From Negativicutes bacterium (GTDB taxonomy: Bacteria; Bacillota; Negativicutes; UBA1444), in assembly GCA_963665275.2 (NCBI GenBank), contig CAXXIN010000001.1, positions 96,001 to 160,000 of the forward strand: DNA of 64,000 bases, read 5' to 3'. Each line of letters opens with the position of its first letter. Position 1 is the first letter of the stretch. The notes beneath the pieces are model-generated. The model saw only the letters and a program-made list of their open reading frames with translations. It was not told the origin of the DNA and did not search any database. Shown one piece after another: positions 9,787 to 19,827 of this stretch. A program made the translations under genes and the position numbers.

Positions 9787-10644
9787 TTGTCTAACGGAAC
9801 CGGAACTTTATATTTATGCGCCACGCCGATAGGAAATTTGGGCGACATGACCTTCCGGGCCGTGGAGATTCTGAAAAAAGTCTCGCTGATTGCTGCGGAA
9901 GATACTAGGCACACGCGTAAGTTAATGAGTCATTTTGACTTGCACGTTCCCTTGACCAGCTATCATGAGCACAACAAAAAAACCAAAGGGCCCGAGCTGG
10001 TGGCCAAATTGCTGGCAGGGCAGGATATTGCTCTCGTTAGTGACGCCGGCTTGCCCGGGATTTCCGATCCAGGGGAGGATTTGACCCGACTGGCTATCGA
10101 GGCAGGCATTACGGTGACGCCGATTCCCGGCGCCTGTGCGGCGCTCACAGCCTTGATGGCCTCGGGACTGCCGACAGGCGGATTCCTGTTCGCAGGCTTT
10201 CTGCCCAAGGCTTCCGCCGAGCGGCGCAGCCGTCTCCATGCCTTGCGTAATTATACGGAAACATTGCTGTTTTATGAGTCGCCTTATCAATTGCTCAAGA
10301 CCTTGGCTGATTTGCAGACCGTCCTGGGTGACCGGTCCGCAGTCATCGGACGCGAGCTGACCAAAATCCATGAAGAATTCCTCCGGGCGCCGCTTTCGGA
10401 GTTGGCCGCAGCCTTTCGGCAGCAGACCCCGCGCGGTGAGTTCGTGGTTCTTGTTTCGGGTCGACAAGAGAATGAAGAATTGCCGGAAAACTTGAAAGTC
10501 GAGATAACAGATGCCACGATCCGACAAGAAGTGGAACGGCGAATTGCAGCGGGTGAAAACAAAAAAGACGCCATCCGCATGACAGCGTCCCAATGGGGTT
10601 TATCTCGCCGCCGGGTGTACCAGCTGGCGTTGGATTCGGGCTAA
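9787..10644 (+). CDS. rsmI: 16S rRNA (cytidine1402-2'-O)-methyltransferase
   Basis: LYLCATPIGNL.D, AEDTR, SDAGLPGISDPG, RELTK.HEE. Confidence 0.96.
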   Translation: MSNGTGTLYLCATPIGNLGDMTFRAVEILKKVSLIAAEDTRHTRKLMSHFDLHVPLTSYHEHNKKTKGPELVAKLLAGQDIALVSDAGLPGISDPGEDLTRLAIEAGITVTPIPGACAALTALMASGLPTGGFLFAGFLPKASAERRSRLHALRNYTETLLFYESPYQLLKTLADLQTVLGDRSAVIGRELTKIHEEFLRAPLSELAAAFRQQTPRGEFVVLVSGRQENEELPENLKVEITDATIRQEVERRIAAGENKKDAIRMTASQWGLSRRRVYQLALDSG

Positions 10645-10646
10645 TC

Positions 10647-10895
10647 TTACTTTTTGCTCATTTCTTTCAGACAGTCAGCACAGATGTTTTTGCCGCGAAA
10701 CTGAGTCACATTGTCTGCGTTGCCGCAGAACACGCAGGCGCATGTTGGTTCATACTTTTTGAGGATAATCCGGTCGTTATCCACGTAAATTTCCAATGCG
10801 TCTTTTTCATTGATACTCAAAGTGCGGCGGAGTTCGATAGGAATCACAACACGCCCCAACTCATCAACCTTGCGAACAATTCCCGTTGATTTCAT
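10647..10895 (-). CDS. abrB: AbrB-family transition-state regulator
   Basis: MKSTGIVRKVDELGRVVIPIELRRTL, C-terminal Cys pairs; divergent from metG. Confidence 0.95.
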   Translation of the reverse strand: MKSTGIVRKVDELGRVVIPIELRRTLSINEKDALEIYVDNDRIILKKYEPTCACVFCGNADNVTQFRGKNICADCLKEMSKK

Positions 10896-11059
10896 TATAT
10901 CGTTTCCCCCCCTTTTTATGATATGAACACTTGGTGCTCATATCCAAAATAACACAAAAGAAGGGTAAAAGTCAACCTGTTATTTCCAATTGAAGCGTAG
11001 AACCCCAATAAAAAGCGTTTGAATGTCCATTTGAAAAGGACAAAAACAGGAGGTACAAA

Positions 11060-13015
11060 GTGAACAAAAAACCTTTTTTCATCAGCACTCCCATCTATTA
11101 TCCGAGTGATCGCCTGCACATCGGTCATGCTTATTGTACGACCATTGCGGACGCCGTAGCCCGATTTCAGCGATTGGCCGGGCGGGACGTTTTTTTTCTG
11201 ACAGGTTCGGATGAACATGGCCAAAAAATTCAGCGCAAAGCAGCAGAAAACGGTCAGAGTCCCATCCAATACGTGGATCATATCGTGGCTTCCTTCCAGA
11301 TGCTATGGAAAAAACTCGGCATCAGCAATGACGATTTCATTCGGACTACCGAGAAACGTCATCATGAAGTCGTACAAAATATATTTCAAAAAATATATGA
11401 TCAGGGCGACATTTACAAAGCTGCTTACGAAGGCTGGTACTGCACTCCCTGCGAAACTTTCTGGCTGGAGCGCCAGCTGACGGATGGCAATTGCCCAGAT
11501 TGCGGCCGGCCGGTGGAGAGGGTACAGGAAGAAAGCTACTTCTTCCGCATGGGCAAATATCAGGACCGTCTGCTGCAGCACATCGAAGCGCATCCTGAGT
11601 TCATCCAACCGGTGTCCCGCCGCAACGAAATGATCAACTTCATCAAGCAGGGACTGGAAGACCTGTGCGTATCCAGGACCACCTTCGACTGGGGAATCCA
11701 GGTTCCCTTCGACAGCAAGCATGTGGTTTACGTCTGGTTCGACGCACTTACCAACTACATTACCGCGGCTGGATATCTGCATGACAAAGAAAAATTCGCC
11801 AAGTACTGGCCGGCTGACATCCATCTGGTCGGCAAAGAAATCGTGCGTTTTCATAGTATCATCTGGCCGATCATTCTCATGGCACTGGGCATCGAGCTGC
11901 CGAAAAAAGTCTACGGTCATGGCTGGCTGGTCGTCGAAGGCGACAAGATGTCAAAGTCCAAAGGGAACGTCGTCGACCCGGTACAGCTCATCGAAGAATT
12001 CGGCGCCGACGCGATTCGCTATTTTCTGTTGCGGGAAATCAATCTGGGACAAGACGGCAATTTTTCACGCGAGGCCCTGATCAAACGGATCAATTCGGAC
12101 CTGGCGAATGACCTCGGCAATTTGCTGCATAGAACCTTGAACATGATGCAGCGCTACAACGGAGGCGTTCTCGGCGCCACGGAAGCTCCACTTCCTGTCG
12201 ACTCCGGCCTTTTGGATCTCGCCCGGCTGGCGACGCCTCGTTACAGAGACATGATGGAAGCGATGGACATCAACGGCGCAATCAAGGAAATTTGGCTGCT
12301 TATCGGGCGGGCCAACAAATATATTGACGAAACAGAACCTTGGATTCTGGCCAAGGATCCAGCCAAAGCAGCCCGATTGAATACGGTGCTTTATCATTTG
12401 CTGGAAGTCCTCGCCATCGTGTCCGTGCTTGTCGAACCTTTCATTCCAGTGACTTCCGGCCGCATCCGCAGCCAGCTGGGTCTGCCGGTGGAAGTCTTGC
12501 CGGGGGCTTTGGAAAATCTCGGTGTGTTTGGAACGCACGGCTTGATCAAACCCGGACACCAGACCGGCAAGCCGGAGCCGATTTTCCCGCGCATCGAAGA
12601 AAAGACGGAAGAGGAAGCTGTGGTGGAAAAAGTGGAAGTTGTAAAAGCAAAAACTGAATTGGTGAAAGCCGCGCCGGTCGAGACTCCCAGCGAAATTTCC
12701 ATCGACGACTTTGCGAAACTTGACTTGCGGACTGCGATCGTCACAGCAGCAGAAAAAGTCGAAAAAACGGAAAAACTACTCAAGCTGACCATCGACATGG
12801 GCGCCGAACAGCGGACGATCATCTCCGGCATCGCCCAGCACTATACTCCTGAAGAAATGGTCGGCCGGACCGTCATCGTGATTGCCAACCTGAAGCCCGC
12901 CAAAATCCGCGGGATTGAATCTCACGGCATGTTGCTGGCGGCTTCCGACACTGATCGCACGATGCTTTCCCTGGTCACTGCACCTAGCCTTCCGGCCGGT
13001 TGCAAGGTGAAGTAA
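11060..13015 (+). CDS. metG: Methionine--tRNA ligase with C-terminal tRNA-binding domain
   Basis: HIGH (LHIGH) and KMSKS motifs, Zn knuckle, C-terminal OB domain. Confidence 0.98.
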   Translation: MNKKPFFISTPIYYPSDRLHIGHAYCTTIADAVARFQRLAGRDVFFLTGSDEHGQKIQRKAAENGQSPIQYVDHIVASFQMLWKKLGISNDDFIRTTEKRHHEVVQNIFQKIYDQGDIYKAAYEGWYCTPCETFWLERQLTDGNCPDCGRPVERVQEESYFFRMGKYQDRLLQHIEAHPEFIQPVSRRNEMINFIKQGLEDLCVSRTTFDWGIQVPFDSKHVVYVWFDALTNYITAAGYLHDKEKFAKYWPADIHLVGKEIVRFHSIIWPIILMALGIELPKKVYGHGWLVVEGDKMSKSKGNVVDPVQLIEEFGADAIRYFLLREINLGQDGNFSREALIKRINSDLANDLGNLLHRTLNMMQRYNGGVLGATEAPLPVDSGLLDLARLATPRYRDMMEAMDINGAIKEIWLLIGRANKYIDETEPWILAKDPAKAARLNTVLYHLLEVLAIVSVLVEPFIPVTSGRIRSQLGLPVEVLPGALENLGVFGTHGLIKPGHQTGKPEPIFPRIEEKTEEEAVVEKVEVVKAKTELVKAAPVETPSEISIDDFAKLDLRTAIVTAAEKVEKTEKLLKLTIDMGAEQRTIISGIAQHYTPEEMVGRTVIVIANLKPAKIRGIESHGMLLAASDTDRTMLSLVTAPSLPAGCKVK

Positions 13016-13016
13016 C

Positions 13017-13781
13017 ATGCTCGTTGATTCGCATGCCCATATTGATGACGCGCGCTTCGACACGGACAGATCGGAAGTGGTTGCCCGGGCGGCGTCAGCT
13101 GGTGTGGCACTGATCATCAATGTTGGCGCCGACATGGCATCTTCCGCCCGATCGGTGGCGTTGGCCGGACAATATCCAGGGATCTACGCGGCGGTGGGCA
13201 TGCATCCTCATGACGCAAAAGACATGCAGGAAAGCGACTACGTGCAGTTGGAAAAGTGGACAACCCATCCCAAAGTTGTGGCAATCGGCGAGATCGGATT
13301 AGACTACCATTATGATTTGTCGCCCCGGCCGATCCAAAAAGAAGTGTTTTTGCGCCAACTTGATTTAGCACGGAAAACAGATAAGCCTTTTATCATCCAC
13401 GAACGGGAGGCGCATGCCGATACGTTGGATATCGTCCGCACGGCGGCCCGCGGCTTGCGCGGCGTTTTTCACTGCTTTTCCGGAAGCGTGGAGACGGCCA
13501 GGGAGTTCTTGAAGATGGGATTTTACATTTCGTTGGCAGGGCCTGTGACTTTTTCCAATTCAGGTAAAACAAAGGAGGTAGCTAAGTTCGTACCGATTGA
13601 CAGGCTGCTGGTAGAGACGGATTCGCCGTATCTTACGCCGCATCCGCATCGGGGGCATCGGAATGAACCGGCTTATGTGCGGATCGTGGCCGCAGAGATC
13701 GCCACTCTGCGCAATCTCTCGCTTGAAGAACTGGCGGCTGCGACAACGGCTAACGTACGGCGCTTGTTCAATATTCCATAA
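13017..13781 (+). CDS. tatD: TatD-family hydrolase (YabD)
   Basis: DSHAH, GEIGLDY, HCFSG, ETDSPYL. Confidence 0.94.
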   Translation: MLVDSHAHIDDARFDTDRSEVVARAASAGVALIINVGADMASSARSVALAGQYPGIYAAVGMHPHDAKDMQESDYVQLEKWTTHPKVVAIGEIGLDYHYDLSPRPIQKEVFLRQLDLARKTDKPFIIHEREAHADTLDIVRTAARGLRGVFHCFSGSVETAREFLKMGFYISLAGPVTFSNSGKTKEVAKFVPIDRLLVETDSPYLTPHPHRGHRNEPAYVRIVAAEIATLRNLSLEELAAATTANVRRLFNIP

Positions 13782-13797
13782 AATGGATATTTCCCAT

Positions 13798-13827
13798 TTG
13801 ACAGGGAGAAAATTACTGTGCTATAAT
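13798..13827 (+). promoter_or_regulatory. SigA-type promoter of the yabE-like gene
   Basis: TTGACA-18 nt-TATAAT with extended -10 TG. Confidence 0.7.
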
Positions 13828-13858
13828 CCACTTTGTCCGAAAAAAGGAGGGGAGTCCT

Positions 13859-14854
13859 GTGAATCAAAGTCAAAACAACAGGCAGAACTACTTAAACGGC
13901 AGAGTTAAGACAGTCGCGGCAGTATTGCTTCTCACAGCGGCAGTATTAGTCAGTGGCTTCGTATGGGCGAACTCCAAAGTCGTCATCCTGGTGGATGGAA
14001 AAACCATGAATGTCAATGCATTAGCATTGGATCCAAAGGCGGTACTGTCAGAAGCCGGGGTATATCTGGGACCACAGGATGAATTTCGGGTAACGGCCAA
14101 TGATCCGGGAAAATCCAGTATTATCGAAGTTCTTCGTGCCATTCCGGTAACTTTGTCCAGCGGGGTGAAAGTCAGTGCCGTGTGGACAGGAAAATTCACG
14201 GTGGGAGAGGTGGCAGAGAGTCAAGGCTATAGTGCCAAGTCTTTCAAGACGGTTCCTGATGCAGCCACCCGTCCAACGCCGAACATGAATATCCGATTGT
14301 TGGTTCTGTCAGATAAAGTTGTGGAAAAAGAATTGCCCGTTCCTTTTCCAGTCGTTCAGCAACCTGATGCCAGGATGGAAAAAGGCATGGAGGTCGTGGA
14401 GGAATACGGCGCGCCAGGTAAAAAACTGGCAATGGTGCGGCAAATGTATGAAGGTGGCCAGGAAGCTGGATTCGACATTTTGAGCGAAAAAATCATTGAA
14501 GAACCCAAGCCGGAAGTGCTCCGTGTGGGAACCCGTGAGGCGAATGATCCAAGCCGGGGAACTATCCGCTTCAAGAAGATGCTGGTGATGGAAGCGTCGG
14601 CTTATACGCCGTTTGATGGTGGACAATCCGGCATTACCGCTTCCGGAATTCCAGCGCGGCGCGGCTTGATAGCCGTTGATCCGCGGGTGATCCCTCTGGG
14701 AACAAGGGTGTATGTAATGGGGTACGGCCCTGCGCTCGCGGCTGACACTGGGGGCGCTATCAGGGGGGCCAAGATCGATCTCTGCATGGAAGACTACAAT
14801 GAAGCAATGCGCTTCGGACGCCGCAATGTGGAAGTCTATATTCTGGCTGAATAA
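13859..14854 (+). CDS. YabE-like cell-wall protein (DUF348/G5/3D domains)
   Basis: N-terminal TM; G5-like segment; 3D domain motifs AVDPRVIPLGT, ADTGGAI and IDL. Confidence 0.9.
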   Translation: MNQSQNNRQNYLNGRVKTVAAVLLLTAAVLVSGFVWANSKVVILVDGKTMNVNALALDPKAVLSEAGVYLGPQDEFRVTANDPGKSSIIEVLRAIPVTLSSGVKVSAVWTGKFTVGEVAESQGYSAKSFKTVPDAATRPTPNMNIRLLVLSDKVVEKELPVPFPVVQQPDARMEKGMEVVEEYGAPGKKLAMVRQMYEGGQEAGFDILSEKIIEEPKPEVLRVGTREANDPSRGTIRFKKMLVMEASAYTPFDGGQSGITASGIPARRGLIAVDPRVIPLGTRVYVMGYGPALAADTGGAIRGAKIDLCMEDYNEAMRFGRRNVEVYILAE

Positions 14855-14878
14855 AAAGACGATAATTGGCGATCATTA

Positions 14879-14928
14879 AAGAAGAACCCCTGTTTGCTGA
14901 ACTTGCTCAGCAAACAGGGGTTCTTCTT
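14879..14928. terminator. Bidirectional intrinsic terminator
   Basis: AAGAAGAACCCCTGTTTGCTGA / TCAGCAAACAGGGGTTCTTCTT stem between convergent genes. Confidence 0.85.
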
Positions 14929-14940
14929 GTTTGTGTTACC

Positions 14941-15600
14941 TTAATGCGGATCTGCTACCACTTTATATGAGACATCAGGGCCATCATATACTGGCTCGTA
15001 ATAGTTGGTCCCGTCGTAAATATAGGTGGTCTCATGGATGATTACCGTTTCACTATTGTCCGGTTCATCGGCGATGATTGCTCCGATAACCATACCGCCG
15101 ATGAAGGCTCCGGCGCCACCATAATAACCTCCGTAATAACCGCCACCATAATAACCGCCGCCGGGAACTCCATAATTATGATCCACGTTACGGTTCACGT
15201 TTCGGTTTACATCACGGTTTCGGTTTACGTCACGGTCTCGGTTCGCATCGCGATCCCGGTTCATATCGCGATCCCGGTTTGCAGTTTGGTCCCGATTCGC
15301 ACCGCGGTCACGATTCGCAGCCTGATCCCGGTTTCCACCTCTGTCAGCTTGCTGCCGTTGCGCCTGTTGGTTCGAAGGTTTTACCTGACGGTCTGCTGGA
15401 CGTTGCGCTGGTCGGTCTGCAGGGCGGCTCTGAACCTGCCTGCTGCCGCCACCGCCGCCTCGCGAACCACCGCCGCCACCACCTCGGGATCCACCACCGC
15501 CTCCTCCTCGGGCGGCTTCTACGATCGGCAAACTCGTTGCCAACAGCATAGCTGCAATGACCAGCCCTGCCATGATATTGCGAGATTTCAATTGAAGCAT
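14941..15600 (-). CDS. Secreted low-complexity repeat protein (RGG, NRDxxx and GGYY repeats; Tyr-rich C-terminal domain)
   Basis: Signal peptide and RBS AAGGAG; last gene of the YSC84-DUF2092 operon. Confidence 0.75.
   Translation of the reverse strand: MLQLKSRNIMAGLVIAAMLLATSLPIVEAARGGGGGGSRGGGGGGSRGGGGGSRQVQSRPADRPAQRPADRQVKPSNQQAQRQQADRGGNRDQAANRDRGANRDQTANRDRDMNRDRDANRDRDVNRNRDVNRNVNRNVDHNYGVPGGGYYGGGYYGGYYGGAGAFIGGMVIGAIIADEPDNSETVIIHETTYIYDGTNYYEPVYDGPDVSYKVVADPH
15181..15335 (-). repeat. Degenerate 18-bp coding tandem repeat (NRDxxx hexapeptides)
   Basis: NRDQAA NRDRGA NRDQTA NRDRDM NRDRDA NRDRDV NRNRDV, followed by NRNV NRNV. Confidence 0.8.
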
Positions 15601-15619
15601 ATTCGCTCTCTCCTTCCTG

Positions 15620-16432
15620 TTACTTTGCTGCTGAAACCGGCTGAGTGGAAGGTTTCAGGAACTCAATCTTTTTCATGCCCGCTTTGGGAACAAATTCGGT
15701 CCAGCCCTCAGGCAACACCGGCGCCAGGTTCCAGTCTGTGATTTCGGCAGTCCAGCTGGGCATCGCCGGATTGCTCTTAAGAGTCACAGTGAATTTGCGC
15801 AGGAAGGGTTTGTCCCCTTCTTCGATCCAAAGCTGGTAGGAAAGATCTTTCTTCGCGAATGCCACATGGTGGCAGGAAATGTCTCCAACGCTTGACAGAC
15901 CTACGTACGCGGATTTGACCACATCCTTGAGCAGGTTGTCGCCGAAGTTGCTGCGGCCCACATCCAGAAGCGCCAACATCAGTTTGTGTTCTTTCGCCTT
16001 GTCCAGCATCTCATCGATGCTCAGGGTGGACGGGGATTCGATCACTGCATACATCGCTTTATCCGCATCATAGATGGTGAGGGTTTTCCCATTGAACAGA
16101 ATTTGTTTGTTCTGTTCGTCGCCGTCGAGGTTGAGTTGGAAAGAACCCGGCCGTTTCACGTAATAGTCGAAATCAAAGGAGTACAGGATCTTGTTATTAT
16201 CCGGAAAAATCTTGTCGTAATCGACTTGGCCGGCGACATAAAACTGCGGCAGGGCTTTCATGAAGGTGGTCATGGAATGAACGAGCGCTTCCGGACTGGT
16301 TGCCGATTCACCTTGTATGGAAAACTTGAAGGGCTTAGGGGTGGCTTCCTGATCCGGCGCCGCCGATACTGTCTGAGCCATCAGACAGAAGAGGGCGAAG
16401 AAGAGCAGGCTGACGATGATTTTGTGTCTCAT
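15620..16432 (-). CDS. DUF2092-family periplasmic protein
   Basis: Signal peptide; YVKRP, FNGKTLT, YVG...VGDISCHHVAF, YQLWIEEGDKP, WNLAP pattern. Confidence 0.8.
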   Translation of the reverse strand: MRHKIIVSLLFFALFCLMAQTVSAAPDQEATPKPFKFSIQGESATSPEALVHSMTTFMKALPQFYVAGQVDYDKIFPDNNKILYSFDFDYYVKRPGSFQLNLDGDEQNKQILFNGKTLTIYDADKAMYAVIESPSTLSIDEMLDKAKEHKLMLALLDVGRSNFGDNLLKDVVKSAYVGLSSVGDISCHHVAFAKKDLSYQLWIEEGDKPFLRKFTVTLKSNPAMPSWTAEITDWNLAPVLPEGWTEFVPKAGMKKIEFLKPSTQPVSAAK

Positions 16433-16473
16433 GGGAAACCTCCTTGCAATTCTATTTTTCTCTATTGAGTTGA

Positions 16474-17040
16474 CTATTTCAAATCACCATCTTTGTAATA
16501 GCGGGTCCCCTTGGCTGTGATTTCTGCCGCCAGGCCTTTTTTGGTCAACTGGTACATCCACACGCCCGGAGATACCGAGGCGGCGCCTGCCATGGATCCG
16601 CCGTTAACGTTATCCGTGGCCGCGAGAGTGGCCTGACCGCCAAACTCCCAACCTTGGTTCACGAAGGTATTCAGGGCCTCTTCGGTTTCAAAAACAAAGA
16701 TAACGCTGAACTCCTTTACGCCAAACCCCAGTCCAACTTGAAATTCAACCATTTTCATAAAGGTTTCGGCCTTGTCATTGTTGTTTACCGCGAGACCTTT
16801 TCCTTTGCCGCCGCCAGTAATGAAAATTTTTGTGCCGATGTTGTTGAACACGGCATACCCCGCATTCCCTTCGACCGCATCTTGGGCGGCAGGCTGAAGC
16901 TTATAGAGACTTTGCAGAGTCTCTGCCACCGCTTTGCGTACGGCATCTTTCTTTTCGTCCACGGTAGCAGCGCTGGCGGCCGAACTCATCAACGTGAGCA
17001 TTGCGGCAAGCATCAAGCAGGCAAGCAGTCTTTTCATCAT
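16474..17040 (-). CDS. YSC84-related / SYLF lipid-binding secreted protein
   Basis: Signal peptide; GYAVF, GGGKGKG, GLGFG, GWEFGGQA, GL..E.T.KGTRYY. Confidence 0.8.
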   Translation of the reverse strand: MMKRLLACLMLAAMLTLMSSAASAATVDEKKDAVRKAVAETLQSLYKLQPAAQDAVEGNAGYAVFNNIGTKIFITGGGKGKGLAVNNNDKAETFMKMVEFQVGLGFGVKEFSVIFVFETEEALNTFVNQGWEFGGQATLAATDNVNGGSMAGAASVSPGVWMYQLTKKGLAAEITAKGTRYYKDGDLK

Positions 17041-17085
17041 GATTTCCCTCCTTCTTAATATGTTCGAAATGCAATAATTTAGTAT

Positions 17086-17101
17086 AGCAATAAGCGTGCC
17101 A
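17086..17101 (-). promoter_or_regulatory. Sigma54 -24/-12 promoter of the YSC84-DUF2092 operon
   Basis: Minus strand reads TGGCACGCTTATTGCT. Confidence 0.85.
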
Positions 17102-17240
17102 AGCTTCTGCCTTTTAAACGTGTCGGTTTTATCAAATTGGAAAATTGATTAATAAGCTTGGCATTTCGCCATCTAGAGGACACCGGTATTTTTTAAAATA
17201 TTGCTGGAGGTGACGCAAAGAGAAATAAAAAAACGAATCA

Positions 17241-17285
17241 TCTCACAAAAACTTCCCATCAGAGAAGTTTTTGTGAGAAGTTTTT
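17241..17285. promoter_or_regulatory. Putative sigma54 enhancer (UAS) copy 1
   Basis: TCTCACAAAAACTTC-CCATCAGA-GAAGTTTTTGTGAGA-AGTTTTT; centre ~160 bp from the -24 box at 17100. Confidence 0.75.
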
Positions 17286-17453
17286 GAAACATCTCCGTGA
17301 AAATTGTTCGGCTTTTTCGTGTTTCACTAGTGCATAATCGTACTGGGGTTAGGATAATTCTGGCAAAGGAATCTGTTCAATAAACGCGAATAATAAAGCT
17401 ATTAAATATACTATAGTCTAACTATCGCAAAATTTCCAGGGCGCTTATAAATT

Positions 17454-19787
17454 TTGAAAGGTGTCATCAACTTGCATCATTCGAATGGGAAGACATTATT
17501 GCTATTTGGGTTATTGATTTTGATTCTTTTTAGCTCTTTTCAGTCTGCTTTTGCGCAAGAATCGGCGGATCAAAAAAGAGTTTTGATTCTTTGCGCTGAT
17601 GAACTGAAGTTCCCGGCTTACAAATTGTTTATCAATGGATTCGAAGAAAGGATGAATCAGCTTGGAGTCAATTCGTTGAACTACTCCTATGAGTACCTGG
17701 AATGGACGCGGCATTCATCCGACAGGAGTTATCCGGCAAAAGTCGTTGCCTACTTACAGGGAAAATACGTCCATCCGAAGCCTGACCTTGTCATAGTTCT
17801 TGGCGGACAGATCGCGCAGTTTTTTTCGGACCGCAGTCAAGACCTGTTTCCTCAAGTTCCCGTGATTTTCGCCGGCAACACCTTGTCAGCTCCCAATCCG
17901 CCGCAGATTCCAGCCACCTCTACAACGCTCCTTGCGTCGTATGACATCAAGAAAGCGATCGAAGTGATTCTGAAAATCCAACCGAAAACGAACAAAATCC
18001 ATTTGATCTATGGTGACTCTGAACCGGAACGTAGCTTGCAAGCCCAAGATTTTCGCGTATTGCAGTCGGTTGGCAATCAGGTGGAATTTATATACCTTAC
18101 GAAATTAACCGTAGCGCAGTTGCTGGAAAATGTTCGGTCGATCGAGGGTGATTCAGTCATTTTACTGCGTTCTTTGTTTCAGGACGTTTCGGGAAATTCG
18201 TTTGTGCCTGCCGATGTTGCCCGCAGGGTAAGTCAGGATTCACGAGTGCCTGTTTATGGCTCCAGTGACTCCTTCGTAGGAACAGGAGTTCTGGGAGGAT
18301 ATGTCGGCAGTAATCGGCTGATGGGGGCACGGGCAGCAGAAATGGGAATAAAAATACTTGAAGGAAAAATAGATGCTACGACGCATCGCGACGCAATCGA
18401 AAATGCAGAGTATCTATTTGACTGGCGCGCTATGCAGAGATGGGACATTAGAGAAGAACTGCTGCCGCCGGAGCGCAGGATCGCGCATAGAGAAGCTGAT
18501 ATGTGGCAAATGTATAAATGGTATATTCTCAGTGGCAGTGGATTGCTGCTGTTACAGAGTATCCTTATTTTCGCTTGGCTCATAAATAGAGCCAAGCGAA
18601 AATGGGCGGAAAGAAAACTGCAGGAAAATCAGGCAGATCTGGACAAAGAGCGTTTGCGCATCAAGCTGCTCACAGCTGGATTGGAAACGAGTTCCAACAT
18701 AGTCGTTGTATTGGATGCACAGCGAAACATCTGGTGGGCCAATGAAGCGTTTGAGTCTTTGTCCGGCTTTTCGCCGGAGGAGATTGTGGGTAAAGACGCC
18801 AAGATCCTCTTGTCTTCCAACAATCATCAGGAGATGCTTGAACAATTAAAGGACAGTTTTATAAGTCAGAGTGAATGGCGGGGTGAACTCATTGCACGTC
18901 ACAAGGACGGGAGCACCTATGTTGATGAAGTGATCGTCACACCGATTCTTGGCGAAGATAAAACAGCCTCATATTTTCTTATCGTCGGACGGGATATTAC
19001 CGAGAAGGTGAAAGCACGAGAAGCGATTCGCGCTGCGCAGGAAGCACAAATAAAGGCGGAAAAGATCTTTTCCATCGGTACCATGGCTGCAGGAATCTCC
19101 CATGAGATCAACCAGCCGCTGAATTCAATAAAAGTGATTTCCGGCGGAATTCTATATTTGCTTGCACAAGGTGAAAAACTGCAGGCAGAGGAATTTAACG
19201 AGAGCATTAAAGAAATTTCCAACCAAACCGACCGAATTTCGAATATCATTAAGCATCTGCGTTCTTTTTTCCGACGGGATGAAACCCATCTTGTGCCTTG
19301 TGATATCAATGCTTCGGTCGAAATGGCTTTTGAATTGGTGGGAAAACAGATTGCAGATCATGGAGTGATAGGGCATAAGGACTTGCAGAAGAATCTGCCA
19401 CAAGTAATGGCCAGCCCGACCGGACTGGAGGAAATCATAGTCAATTTGCTGGTTAATGCTCTGCAAGCCTTGGATACGGTGGATGGGATCGATAAAACAA
19501 TTACAGTGCGAACGTATTTCGCCGAAAATGTTATTTTAGAAGTCAGTGACAATGGTCCCGGAATTGATCCTAGCTTAAAGAAGAAAATCTTTGAAACTTT
19601 TGTGTCAACCAAACCTCAGAGTGAAAACCTGGGGTTGGGCTTGGCTATTGTTAACAACATCGTTCATTCTTATTTTGGGACTATACAGGTGTCTTCCAAC
19701 GAGCGGGCAGGCGCCACCTTTACCGTATCATTACCGGTTGTGCAGAATGTGGAAGAGGAGGCGGGTAATGAAAATGTTGCCGATTGA
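17454..19787 (+). CDS. Sensor histidine kinase (periplasmic substrate-binding-like domain, TM, PAS, HisKA/HATPase; NtrB-like)
   Basis: SHEINQPL H-box, NLLVNA N-box, DNGPG, GLGLAI. Start may be TTG at 17472. Confidence 0.92.
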   Translation: MKGVINLHHSNGKTLLLFGLLILILFSSFQSAFAQESADQKRVLILCADELKFPAYKLFINGFEERMNQLGVNSLNYSYEYLEWTRHSSDRSYPAKVVAYLQGKYVHPKPDLVIVLGGQIAQFFSDRSQDLFPQVPVIFAGNTLSAPNPPQIPATSTTLLASYDIKKAIEVILKIQPKTNKIHLIYGDSEPERSLQAQDFRVLQSVGNQVEFIYLTKLTVAQLLENVRSIEGDSVILLRSLFQDVSGNSFVPADVARRVSQDSRVPVYGSSDSFVGTGVLGGYVGSNRLMGARAAEMGIKILEGKIDATTHRDAIENAEYLFDWRAMQRWDIREELLPPERRIAHREADMWQMYKWYILSGSGLLLLQSILIFAWLINRAKRKWAERKLQENQADLDKERLRIKLLTAGLETSSNIVVVLDAQRNIWWANEAFESLSGFSPEEIVGKDAKILLSSNNHQEMLEQLKDSFISQSEWRGELIARHKDGSTYVDEVIVTPILGEDKTASYFLIVGRDITEKVKAREAIRAAQEAQIKAEKIFSIGTMAAGISHEINQPLNSIKVISGGILYLLAQGEKLQAEEFNESIKEISNQTDRISNIIKHLRSFFRRDETHLVPCDINASVEMAFELVGKQIADHGVIGHKDLQKNLPQVMASPTGLEEIIVNLLVNALQALDTVDGIDKTITVRTYFAENVILEVSDNGPGIDPSLKKKIFETFVSTKPQSENLGLGLAIVNNIVHSYFGTIQVSSNERAGATFTVSLPVVQNVEEEAGNENVAD

Positions 19788-19827
19788 TGGTGAACACCAT
19801 AGCCGGCAGGAGCGTTATGGTTTCTAA
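19768..19827 (+). pseudogene. Possible remnant of a response-regulator receiver N-terminus
   Basis: GAGGAGG RBS, then MKMLPIDGEHHSRQERYGF*, overlapping the kinase stop. Resembles MKILLVDDD receiver starts. Confidence 0.45.

Noticed and set aside
10896-11059. T-box or S-box leader for metG, or Spo0A boxes for abrB
   Set aside because: The intergenic region is only ~165 bp, and no T-box, SAM-riboswitch or TGNCGAA motif was seen.
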